Assembly (NCBI GenBank): GCA_018969805.1
Contig: JAGWXQ010000001.1
Coordinates: 1-29,398, forward strand
From: Paenibacillaceae bacterium
Lineage (GTDB): Bacteria > Bacillota > Bacilli > Paenibacillales > YIM-B00363
Direction: 5' to 3'
DNA length: 29,398 bases
Position numbers and translations under genes: made by a program. Below the pieces are notes generated by a model. That model saw only the letters and a list, made by a program, of their open reading frames with translations. It searched no databases and was not told the DNA's origin. This document shows positions 10,008 to 18,042 of this stretch, piece by piece. Position 1 is the first letter of the stretch. Every line of letters starts with the position of its first letter.

Positions 10008-10373
10008 ATGTCTTGGGTAGGACACCTCGTCCGCTTTGTCGTGGCCGCACTCGCGTTGCTCATTGCTGGTGCGATTGTCCCACAATTTCACGTCGGGGGC
10101 TTTTGGAGTGCCCTGCTGCTCGCACTGGCGATCGCTGTGCTCGGTTTTGCCATTGAAGGCATTTTCGGCAAACGCATCCAGCCATTCGGACGGGGCATCA
10201 TCGGTTTTGTCGTCAGTGCGCTCGTCATTTATGTTGCCCAATTTGTCATTGCCGGAGTATTCGTCACCGCACTCGGTGCGATCATCGCTGCCGTCGTGAT
10301 CGGGCTCGTCGATGTGTTTTTGCCGATGGCAAGCCCTTTTGCCCTCGGTCGCAAACCCCACCGCTCGACGTAA
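10008..10373 (+). CDS. Four-TM membrane protein, phage-holin-4/YvlD-like family
   Basis: RBS GAGGAGG before ATG 10008; hydrophobic 121-aa protein with VxGFWSALLLALAIAVL. No phage genes nearby. Confidence 0.75.
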   Translation: MSWVGHLVRFVVAALALLIAGAIVPQFHVGGFWSALLLALAIAVLGFAIEGIFGKRIQPFGRGIIGFVVSALVIYVAQFVIAGVFVTALGAIIAAVVIGLVDVFLPMASPFALGRKPHRST

Positions 10374-10409
10374 TGCCCCACCTTGCACGATCGTTTCTGG
10401 ATGGGGATG

Positions 10410-10438
10410 CACCGCTGTGCACACGCTGCACAGCGGTG
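10410..10438. terminator. Perfect 12-bp hairpin between the convergent holin-family gene and zapA
   Basis: CACCGCTGTGCA / TGCACAGCGGTG with a 5-nt loop; no clear U-tract. Confidence 0.5.
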
Positions 10439-10446
10439 TTGCGCGT

Positions 10447-11106
10447 TTACGCGTGCTTCGGCTGTGCGGTTTTGTTGTCCTCAAGCAGCGCAATCCAATC
10501 ATCAAAGTCTTGTTTCATTTTGGCATATTCTGCCTGAAGCTGCGCATATTTGTGCGCCAGCGTCTCCTCGTCTGGACGTTCCAGCAGTTCTGCTTGCGCA
10601 TGTGTCCCGACGTCGTCCACAATGGGCAATAATGTTTGTTGTTTCATGACGATGTGCGCTGCATTCGCATCAAGTGCAATGTCCTCAGTGAGGACGACGT
10701 GTGCATGGGGCGCATTGTGGCGCGATGCATGCTGTGCGAGCTGCTCTTCCAACCAATTGGTCCGCTCCAGCAACAGCTGAATTTCCTTTTCTTGTACACG
10801 CACTTTGTCTTCTGCCCGCTGCAAGACGTCGCGCACATCCGCACACACCGTCTGCATGTGCTGCCGCTCGGCTTCAGCAGTTTCTGCCTTAGAGCGCAAC
10901 TTTGCGTATTCTTCAGCAATGTGCAACAACGTCAGCACATACACCCGCTCGACATCCAGCTTCGGACTCATGCGTGCGGTCATATTGAGCTTATCGTTGA
11001 TCCACTGACTGAGTGCATGCAGCGCAGCCTGCGACAATGAACCGACAATTTTATAGGATTTCCCATAAATATCAATCGTAACACGATGCTTTTGTTCTGG
11101 TGCCAT
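10447..11106 (-). CDS. zapA: Cell division protein ZapA with long C-terminal extension (219 aa)
   Basis: RVTIDIYGKSYKIVG...INDKL...VLTLLHIAEEYAKL fits the ZapA domain; RBS GGAGG; lies downstream of pheT. Confidence 0.8.
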   Translation of the reverse strand: MAPEQKHRVTIDIYGKSYKIVGSLSQAALHALSQWINDKLNMTARMSPKLDVERVYVLTLLHIAEEYAKLRSKAETAEAERQHMQTVCADVRDVLQRAEDKVRVQEKEIQLLLERTNWLEEQLAQHASRHNAPHAHVVLTEDIALDANAAHIVMKQQTLLPIVDDVGTHAQAELLERPDEETLAHKYAQLQAEYAKMKQDFDDWIALLEDNKTAQPKHA

Positions 11107-11163
11107 CGCACGCCTCCTGTTTGGTCCAGAGTCCTGCCCACCAACGACAACCCGTGTGCGCCT

Positions 11164-13650
11164 TTACCGTTCGCGGATGCGCGCGCCGTGCTCCGATGCG
11201 AGCGCATGTACGACACAGGATACGGCGTGATCGACTTCCATATCGGTCATTGTCCGCCCAAAATGACGAAACACCAACGAAACGCCCGTGCTCTTTTCTT
11301 CCTCGGACAGCGGTGCCCCTGTATATACATCAAAGATCGAAGCCACAGCGAGCGTATCGCCTCCTGCCTTGCGAATCGTGCGCAACAGGTCATCCGCACG
11401 CACCGCCGTATGCGACACGACAGCAATGTCGCGCAGCGACGCTGGGAAACGCGAGACAGGCGTATACGTCGATTGCGACAACGCACACGCACGCATCGCA
11501 TCGACATCAAGCTCAAACGCAATCGCATCGTCGAGCCCATACACGGCTTGCACGTGCGGGTGCAGCTGTCCGATGCGCCCCAACGTGAACGGTTGTTCAT
11601 CGGAGTATGCCACGATGCGCGCCGTGCGGCCCGGGTGGTATCCTTCTATTTCCGTCGGGACAAACGCAATGCCAGACACCCCACACGCGATGCACAGTTG
11701 CTCAACGACGCCTTTACCTGCATAAAAGTCGGCGATCCGGTGCGCGCCTTGCCAATGCGCATCGCCCCACTGCCCCATCGCCAGCGCAGCGATCGTCACC
11801 TTTTCTATGATGTGATCGTTTTTTCCATAAACCGATGCAATTTCAAAAAACGCTGTATTGCGCTCATGGCGTGCAGCGTGCGCAGCAACCGTCTCGATTA
11901 GTGAAGGCAGTATGCTCGTGCGCAACACCGCGTGGTCGCTGCTCATCGGCATACGCACCCGCACGTCCGTCGCCCCATCAAGGACAAACGGCGCAATGCA
12001 AGCGGGCCGCTCGAGGGGTACGAGCGAATACGTCACCGCCTCATCATAACCCCACGCCGTAAGTACTGCCCGCGCCGTTTTGCGCAATCGCTGTGCAGAA
12101 GTCCAATGCCCTGCCGTTTGTACGCCGTGGACAGGCGTATGCGGAATATCGTGGATATGCAAGCGCGCCACTTCTTCAATGACATCGATAGGAAGGCGTA
12201 CGTCCATACGCCACGGAGGTGGAGTACATCGAATCGACCGTACATCCGTGTGTGCGACATCAAACCCAAGCCGCTCCAGAGACGCACACACGGCGTGTTC
12301 GGAAAACGGCACCCCAATCACGTCACACAAGTCGTCGATCGACATCGCAATCGGTTGTTTCGCCTCGATCGTCTCTCCAACGCGCCGCATCGCACAGACA
12401 ACGACATCCGGTTGGCATGCTGTGATCAGCTGCACCGCCCGTTGCAGCGCGGCAATCGCCTGCTGAGGGGCAATACCCCGTTCAAAACGGGCACTCGCTT
12501 CCGTCTTCACTCCATGACGGTGAACCATGCGTGCGACAACGTCCGATGCACATTGTGCGCTCTCAATACAGATGCGCGTCGTGCGTTCCGTCACTTTGGT
12601 GTGTTCCCCACCGATGACCCCCGCGAGCGCGATCGGGCCCTGTTCATCGGCAATGACGATGTCGGATGCATCCAGCACGCGATCCACACCATCGAGCGTC
12701 GTCATGCGCTCTCCACACACTGCGTGCCGCACCACAATCCGATCACCGAACAATGCGTCCGCATCGTATGCGTGCATCGGTTGTCCAAGCTCCAGCATCA
12801 CATAGTGCAACACATCGACGATCACGTGCACCGGCCGCATGCCGCTGTCGATGAGCCTGCGTTGCAACCATATAGGAGACGGACGAACGCGCACGCCGTG
12901 CAGTGCGATCAGCGCATATGCCCGCACCGCCTCCGTTGTCTTCTCGATATTTTTGGATGCAGGCAACGTCGGCTCCACCCACCATGACGACGTGTATTCG
13001 ACATGGTGTGGCACATCGCGATGGACGACTTCCGATGCCCACAACTGCGTCGGATCCAAAAAACTCGTCAACCGCATCGGCAACGTACACACCGCCGACA
13101 CTTCCCGCGCCAACCCAATCCAATGCATCGCATCGGTACGGTTTGGCGTGACGCTCAGCGCAAACACCACATCCCCACATCCAAGCAATGCCGCAACATC
13201 CATCCCAAGTACGAGCTCCGCTGTTGGCTCCGTGGACAGCACCATGATGCCCTCCTGCGGTCCATCGTCGAGCCCAAGCTCCGACGCAGAACAAATCATC
13301 CCATCCGAGCGTACACCGCGCAGCGTCACTGCACGAATGACGAGCCCACCCGGTAGGTGTGCCCCGATGCACGCGACAGGCACGTACTGCCCTGCATCGA
13401 CGTTGGACGCACCGCATACGATCGTCACGTGCGCCTTTGCACCGATATCGACGGTACACACCGACAGTTTGGTTGATTTGGGATGCGTATTTTTTGCCAC
13501 GACGCGCCCTACGACGACACCGTGCACAGGAGGGCGATGGACGACACGCTCTACTTCAATGCCTGCCATCGTTAATTGTGCGGCGAGCTGCTCCGGCGTA
13601 CATGGATCGAGTGCGACGTAGCGCGCCAAATGTTGCCATGAACTATACAT
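11164..13650 (-). CDS. pheT: Phenylalanine--tRNA ligase beta subunit
   Basis: LTMAGIEVE, TIVCGASNV, LRGVRSDGMICSASELG, VTPNRTD, ELGQPMHAYD, ASARFERG, DVIEEVAR, SRFPASLRDIA; RBS AAGGAG. Confidence 0.95.
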   Translation of the reverse strand: MYSSWQHLARYVALDPCTPEQLAAQLTMAGIEVERVVHRPPVHGVVVGRVVAKNTHPKSTKLSVCTVDIGAKAHVTIVCGASNVDAGQYVPVACIGAHLPGGLVIRAVTLRGVRSDGMICSASELGLDDGPQEGIMVLSTEPTAELVLGMDVAALLGCGDVVFALSVTPNRTDAMHWIGLAREVSAVCTLPMRLTSFLDPTQLWASEVVHRDVPHHVEYTSSWWVEPTLPASKNIEKTTEAVRAYALIALHGVRVRPSPIWLQRRLIDSGMRPVHVIVDVLHYVMLELGQPMHAYDADALFGDRIVVRHAVCGERMTTLDGVDRVLDASDIVIADEQGPIALAGVIGGEHTKVTERTTRICIESAQCASDVVARMVHRHGVKTEASARFERGIAPQQAIAALQRAVQLITACQPDVVVCAMRRVGETIEAKQPIAMSIDDLCDVIGVPFSEHAVCASLERLGFDVAHTDVRSIRCTPPPWRMDVRLPIDVIEEVARLHIHDIPHTPVHGVQTAGHWTSAQRLRKTARAVLTAWGYDEAVTYSLVPLERPACIAPFVLDGATDVRVRMPMSSDHAVLRTSILPSLIETVAAHAARHERNTAFFEIASVYGKNDHIIEKVTIAALAMGQWGDAHWQGAHRIADFYAGKGVVEQLCIACGVSGIAFVPTEIEGYHPGRTARIVAYSDEQPFTLGRIGQLHPHVQAVYGLDDAIAFELDVDAMRACALSQSTYTPVSRFPASLRDIAVVSHTAVRADDLLRTIRKAGGDTLAVASIFDVYTGAPLSEEEKSTGVSLVFRHFGRTMTDMEVDHAVSCVVHALASEHGARIRER

Positions 13651-13672
13651 TGCGATGCTCCTTCACGATGGT

Positions 13673-14710
13673 TCATAATCGCATACGAAATTGTTGTAAA
13701 AAAGCGCGGTCATTTGTATAAAAATGACGGATGTCTTCGATGCCATACCGCAGCATCGCAATCCGCTCGACACCAACACCAAACGCAAACGCCCGAACAA
13801 CGGTCGGATCGTACCCGCACCGCGCGAGCACGTCCGGATGCACCATCCCTGCACCGAGCACTTCGACCCACCCGGATTGCTTGCACACGCGGCATCCTAC
13901 ACCCCCACATACCGCGCACGATATATCGACTTCGACGCTCGGCTCCGTAAACGGGAAAAAGCTCGGCCGCAAGCGCACGCGCGAATGAGATCCAAACATG
14001 GTACGCGCAAAGTGCGCCAACGTGCCCTTCAAATGCGCCATGCTCAGATGTGTATCGACGACCAAACCTTCTACTTGCATAAACTGATGCGAATGCGTCG
14101 GATCGTCGTCGTCACGGCGATACACTTTCCCGGGACAAATGATTTTGATCGGTATCGCGCCCCCACACCGCTGCATAGTCCGAATTTGTACTGGCGACGT
14201 CTGTGTGCGCAACAATGTCGTCTCGTCGATATAAAAAGAATCATGCATCGCCCGGGCAGGATGATGCTCCGGAATGTTCAACGCTTCAAAATTGTAGTAG
14301 TCCGTCTCAACTTCCGGTCCTTCTGCAACCGTATAACCCATCCCCACAAAAATATGCTCAATTTCCTCGATGACGTGCATCAATGGATGAACCGCACCCA
14401 AACGCTCCGTCCTGCCTGGAAGCGTCACATCGATCGTTTCTTCCGCGAGTTTTCGGGCAATGCCCTGCGCCACGATGTCGTCGCGCTTCGCCATGATTGC
14501 CGCTTCAAGCGCATGCTTCACATCGTTGATCTGCTTTCCGATGCGCGCACGCTGCTCTGGATGCTGCTGCGCCATCTCCCGAATCGCAAGCGTCAGTAGT
14601 CCTTTTTTTCCTAAATACCGTACGCGTACTGCGTGCAGCGACGGTTCATCTTCACAACGACGAACATCCAGCAGCGCTTCTTCACCCAATGCATCCAATC
14701 GAAAATCCAT
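13673..14710 (-). CDS. pheS: Phenylalanine--tRNA ligase alpha subunit
   Basis: [87 protein letters not shown] 14710 follows a G-rich RBS. Confidence 0.96.
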   Translation of the reverse strand: MDFRLDALGEEALLDVRRCEDEPSLHAVRVRYLGKKGLLTLAIREMAQQHPEQRARIGKQINDVKHALEAAIMAKRDDIVAQGIARKLAEETIDVTLPGRTERLGAVHPLMHVIEEIEHIFVGMGYTVAEGPEVETDYYNFEALNIPEHHPARAMHDSFYIDETTLLRTQTSPVQIRTMQRCGGAIPIKIICPGKVYRRDDDDPTHSHQFMQVEGLVVDTHLSMAHLKGTLAHFARTMFGSHSRVRLRPSFFPFTEPSVEVDISCAVCGGVGCRVCKQSGWVEVLGAGMVHPDVLARCGYDPTVVRAFAFGVGVERIAMLRYGIEDIRHFYTNDRAFLQQFRMRL

Positions 14711-14738
14711 GCCCCCCGCCCTTCCTCTGCACATTGTT

Positions 14739-14843
14739 CATACGCATCCCCTATAAACACATATATCCAGAGGGCTGCCTTTTGCTCGATCGCAAGAGGC
14801 GTTTTTGTGAAACGGATATATGGATTGAAATACGGATGCGTAT
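14739..14843. repeat. Copy 1 of a ~100-nt structured element with terminal inverted repeats (pheS leader)
   Basis: 10-bp inverted repeat ATACGCATCC/GGATGCGTAT, nested CATATATCC/GGATATATG, inner 9-bp hairpin at 14777-14800; colinear with the copy at 16262-16360. Confidence 0.85.
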
Positions 14844-14869
14844 CCTACACAGTCATGCGATCATACAAC

Positions 14870-14908
14870 AAAAAAGCCTGCACACCGAGCACACACGCAC
14901 GGTACAGG
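14870..14908 (-). terminator. Intrinsic terminator downstream of tRNA-Gly
   Basis: Minus strand CCTGTACCG...CGGTGTGCAGG imperfect stem, then C and TTTTTT. Confidence 0.55.
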
Positions 14909-14931
14909 TCGCGTACTGCCTAGCGGGAAAA

Positions 14932-15002
14932 AGCGGGTGATGGGAATCGAACCCACGCCACCAGCTTGGGAAGCTGGAGTTCTGCCATTGAACTACACCC
15001 GC
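14932..15002 (-). tRNA. tRNA-Gly (CCC), CCA not encoded
   Basis: GCGGGTG acceptor stem, anticodon arm CCAGC-TTCCCAA-GCTGG, T-loop TTCGATT, U73 discriminator. Confidence 0.95.
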
Positions 15003-15030
15003 GCGTTTCACCTTGACGTTGATCGTACTG

Positions 15031-15059
15031 ATTATACTGTATGAGAAACACGAACGCAA
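15031..15059 (-). promoter_or_regulatory. SigA promoter of tRNA-Gly
   Basis: TTGCGT - 17 nt - TATAAT on the minus strand. Confidence 0.65.
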
Positions 15060-15114
15060 TTGACGCACGCAAAAAATTTTCCGAATACAAAAAATTGACG
15101 CGGGCAAAAACGTC

Positions 15115-15142
15115 TTGACTTTATGCTGATTCCGTTTATAAT
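15115..15142 (+). promoter_or_regulatory. SigA promoter of the 53-aa peptide gene
   Basis: TTGACT (15115-15120) - 16 nt - TATAAT (15137-15142). Confidence 0.65.
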
Positions 15143-15175
15143 AATATTACAACCTAAGATAAAGGAGAGGAGTAT

Positions 15176-15337
15176 ATGCGAAATCGGGCTTTGCGCAAGA
15201 AAGTGTTTATATTATTGATGGTCTCGTTGTTGCTGCTCTCTTTCCAATCATTACAAGGATCGCTTGCTTCCGCAGGGTCCATATCCAGCTCCTCGTCTTG
15301 GGTTGGCACAGCTTCAGTGGTTTCTTTTCTGCCATAA
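15176..15337 (+). CDS. 53-aa secreted peptide precursor of unknown function (not in the ORF track)
   Basis: MRNRALRKKVFILLMVSLLLLSFQSLQGSLASA-GSISSSSSWVGTASVVSFLP; strong RBS AAAGGAGAGGAG; basic n-region, hydrophobic h-region, A-S-A cleavage motif; terminator 3 nt after the stop. Confidence 0.72.
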   Translation: MRNRALRKKVFILLMVSLLLLSFQSLQGSLASAGSISSSSSWVGTASVVSFLP

Positions 15338-15339
15338 AT

Positions 15340-15367
15340 ACCGATCACACGTTGATCGGTTTTTTTT
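15340..15367 (+). terminator. Intrinsic terminator after the peptide gene (may also serve convergent purU)
   Basis: ACCGATCA / TGATCGGT 8-bp stem, 5-nt loop, then TTTTTTT. Confidence 0.85.
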
Positions 15368-15374
15368 CGTTCCC

Positions 15375-16247
15375 TTATCGAAAAACAACGGTTTTGTTTC
15401 CAACGACGAGCACGCGGTCATCGAGGTGCCACTGCACAGCGCGGGCGAGCACAGTGCGCTCGACGTGTTTGCCAATGCGCTTTAGTGCTTCCAAATCGTC
15501 GCGGTGGGTCACGCGTTGGACATCTTGTTCAATAATCGGCCCTTCATCAAGGACGTTGGTCACATAATGCGCCGTCGCCCCGATCATCTTCACACCACGA
15601 TCAAGCGCTTGGCGATACGGGTTGCCTCCTACGAAAGCGGGCAAAAAAGAGTGATGGATATTGATCATTTGTTGTGGATACTGCGCCACAAACGTCGGGG
15701 ATACAATTTGCATGTAGCGTGCCAATACGACGGTGTGCACGCCATGCGTTTCCAGTACCGCAAGCTGCTGTCGTTCGGCTGCTTCCTTGTCATTGATCGG
15801 GATATGCACAAACGGAATGCCCATCGGAGCGACGCAATGCCGCAACGTGTCATGGTTGCTCACGACGACCGCAATGTCCGCATCGAGGTCTCCCGCTTGC
15901 CACAGCCACAGCAACTCCAACAAACAATGGTCTTCTTTGGTTACGAATATCCCAATCCTTTTTTTCTGAGCCACAAGCGAACATTGCACATTCATATCAT
16001 ACGTTTTTGCGATGCGATCAAAACGATGGCGCATGTCCTCCAATCGGCTCGCAGCGTGCGCACATTCAAATACGATGCGCATAAAAAACTGCCCTCCAGA
16101 TGGATCAAGAGAGTACTGATCCGATTGCACAATATTCGCTCCTTCCGTCGCCAAAAATTGTGCAACGGAAGCGACGATTCCAAGCCCATCTGGGCACGTA
16201 ATGCGCAGACGCACGCGCTCCAGCGCACCAATTTCTTGCTCCCGCAT
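15375..16247 (-). CDS. purU: Formyltetrahydrofolate deformylase
   Basis: ACT domain (ITCPDGLGIVASV, FFMRIVF) and formyltransferase domain (VVSNH, VLARYMQIVS, INIHHSFLPAFVG, GVKMIGATAHYVT, DEGPIIEQDV). Confidence 0.95.
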   Translation of the reverse strand: MREQEIGALERVRLRITCPDGLGIVASVAQFLATEGANIVQSDQYSLDPSGGQFFMRIVFECAHAASRLEDMRHRFDRIAKTYDMNVQCSLVAQKKRIGIFVTKEDHCLLELLWLWQAGDLDADIAVVVSNHDTLRHCVAPMGIPFVHIPINDKEAAERQQLAVLETHGVHTVVLARYMQIVSPTFVAQYPQQMINIHHSFLPAFVGGNPYRQALDRGVKMIGATAHYVTNVLDEGPIIEQDVQRVTHRDDLEALKRIGKHVERTVLARAVQWHLDDRVLVVGNKTVVFR

Positions 16248-16261
16248 GCCCCTTATCCCCC

Positions 16262-16360
16262 CATACGCATCCCCTATCGAAACCATATAGGGCTGTCTTT
16301 TGCTTCATTACTACAGGCGGTTTTGTGAAACGGATCGATAAAGTGAAGGACGGATGCGGA
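16262..16360. repeat. Copy 2 of the ~100-nt structured element, filling the nfo-purU spacer
   Basis: CGCATCC/GGATGCG inverted ends; blocks of 16/16, 15/16, 20/21 and 9/9 identity to copy 1, with equal-length 10- and 14-nt spacers. Confidence 0.85.
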
Positions 16361-17482
16361 TCACAACCCGATTGCGCTTTGCCCACGATCCGCACCAGAT
16401 GCGAGCCAGCACACGAGCCGCTCATATCCGTCGCGCTCCGTCCATCGTTCACCGACCCCAGAAGCAGCGACGATGTCGTACAATTGTTCGAGTGGCTCTC
16501 GTGGATCCGCTTTGCGTGCCTTTGCATGTGCGCGTGCATCCCACATGCCTACGATTGAAGCGGGTGTGTAGCCAGCACGACAAAGCACGTCGTCGATCCG
16601 CTGCACGTCGTCCATAAATTGTGTCCCCATTCGTTGGGCAGTTTCGTTCATGAGCATGGCGATTTCCACGCGGTACATCGGAAACGTTTTGTCCGATCCG
16701 ATCCACGGAGTCTCCAAAATCATGGGGATGTGTTGCAACCTTTGGTCGGATGCAATGCGCGCAAGTGCGGCAAAGCCGATATACCCACTCCCCAACGGTG
16801 CATGGCGGTCTTTTTTTGCACCGCGCGGGTTTTTGCTGTCATTGAGATGGACCACCGCAAGACGATCGCACCCAATCGTCTGATCCAACTGCGCCAGTAC
16901 GCCATCCCAATCATGGACGATGTCGTATCCCGCGTCGTGCACGTGGCACGTATCCAAACAAACCGACAAACGCTGTGGATCAGGAACAAGCTCCATAATG
17001 CGCGCGATCTCCTCAAACGATCGTCCAATTTCCGTACCTTTTCCCGCCATCGTCTCTAAAGCAATCGAAACGTGCTCTGTTTCTGCGAGCACGATGTGCA
17101 GCCGCTGTGCAATGCGCGCAATGCCGGACTCCACATCGGTTTCTGTATAGGCTCCAGGATGCAGCACGATCGTATCGCATCCGAGTGCCTGCGTGCGCCG
17201 CACTTCTTCTTGCAAAAACGACACCGCCAATTGCCACACACTGTCTTTATGCGACGCAAGATTGACAATGTACGGCGCATGGACGATGGCATGTGCCATA
17301 TGGGCATCGTCCATCATTTTGCGTGCGACCACGACGTGTTGCTGCTCGATCGGTTTGCGCGTCGTATTTTGTGGGGCACCTGTGTATACCATAAACGTGC
17401 TGCTTCCGTATGAACACGCCTCCTGCACAGCACCGATCAACCCTTGGTTGCCAAACGAAACGTGCGACCCAATATAGCGCAT
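16361..17482 (-). CDS. nfo: Endonuclease IV (AP endonuclease) with C-terminal extension
   Basis: IGSHVS, VYTGAPQNTTRK, VHAPYIVNLAS, VLHPG, IALETMAGKGTEIGRSFEE, CLDTCHVHDAGYD, HLNDSKN, KDRHAPLGSG, ILETP; RBS AAGGAGG before ATG 17482. Confidence 0.93.
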   Translation of the reverse strand: MRYIGSHVSFGNQGLIGAVQEACSYGSSTFMVYTGAPQNTTRKPIEQQHVVVARKMMDDAHMAHAIVHAPYIVNLASHKDSVWQLAVSFLQEEVRRTQALGCDTIVLHPGAYTETDVESGIARIAQRLHIVLAETEHVSIALETMAGKGTEIGRSFEEIARIMELVPDPQRLSVCLDTCHVHDAGYDIVHDWDGVLAQLDQTIGCDRLAVVHLNDSKNPRGAKKDRHAPLGSGYIGFAALARIASDQRLQHIPMILETPWIGSDKTFPMYRVEIAMLMNETAQRMGTQFMDDVQRIDDVLCRAGYTPASIVGMWDARAHAKARKADPREPLEQLYDIVAASGVGERWTERDGYERLVCWLASGADRGQSAIGL

Positions 17483-17544
17483 GCCGACTCCTCCTTGCCC
17501 AATCTCCACTGTGTGTGCTACGATGTATTGTAGAGGTGGTATAT

Positions 17545-17970
17545 ATGAACCATTTTTGGGGCTGGTTTCTTGTTGCATGGGGATTTTTCTTAATATTGTT
17601 TATGGCTATTGGCGGTTTTTTTATGTTTCGAAAATTTCTGAAAGTATTGCCAAAAAAGGACGGAAAATCGACGCTCGACTGGCAAAACCATTGGGTGGAT
17701 TCCAGCCGCCACTTATGGACCGAAGAAACGAAAGCGTTGCTCAAAAAACTCGTACTGCCGGTACCCAAACCGTTTCGCGACATCGCCCAACACGCCATCG
17801 CAGCGCGCATCGGGCAACTGGCACTCGAACGAAACGTTCCGCACATTACCCAACAATTGTGCATCGAAGGATACATTTTGGCAACCCCAAAACGCGACCA
17901 TCGATACATGCGCACGTTTCTCGCCAAAGAAGGCATCGACATCGCGCCATTTCGCCACTTGCTCTCCTAA
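17545..17970 (+). CDS. DUF2621-family protein with N-terminal TM helix
   Basis: MAIGGFFMFRKFLKVLPKKDGKSTLDW...LVxPVPxPFRDIA...GYILATPKRDH; RBS AGAGGTGG. Confidence 0.8.
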   Translation: MNHFWGWFLVAWGFFLILFMAIGGFFMFRKFLKVLPKKDGKSTLDWQNHWVDSSRHLWTEETKALLKKLVLPVPKPFRDIAQHAIAARIGQLALERNVPHITQQLCIEGYILATPKRDHRYMRTFLAKEGIDIAPFRHLLS

Positions 17971-17989
17971 TGCACCTATGCATGCGCGC

Positions 17990-18030
17990 AAAAAAACACA
18001 TACGCCTGCTCGCATCAGAGCGCGTATGTG
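17990..18030 (-). terminator. Intrinsic terminator after the IS630-like HTH gene
   Basis: Minus strand CACATACGC...GCGTATGTG 9-bp stem with inner GCTC/GAGC, then TTTTTTT, 12 nt after the stop. Confidence 0.75.
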
Positions 18031-18042
18031 CGTGCACACGAT

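Noticed and set aside
10008-10373. Holin-like gene as evidence of a prophage
   Set aside because: No endolysin, integrase or structural genes; this membrane-protein family occurs on chromosomes outside phages.
15154-15348. 64-aa minus-strand ORF
   Set aside because: Antisense shadow of the 53-aa gene, which has the promoter, RBS and terminator.
14808-16558. Plus-strand peptides starting inside both element copies (MKRIYGLKYGCVS.., MKRIDKVKDGCGS..)
   Set aside because: The similarity follows from the DNA repeat; the frames diverge at once and the second is antisense to nfo. A few synonymous differences were noted but are too few to support coding.
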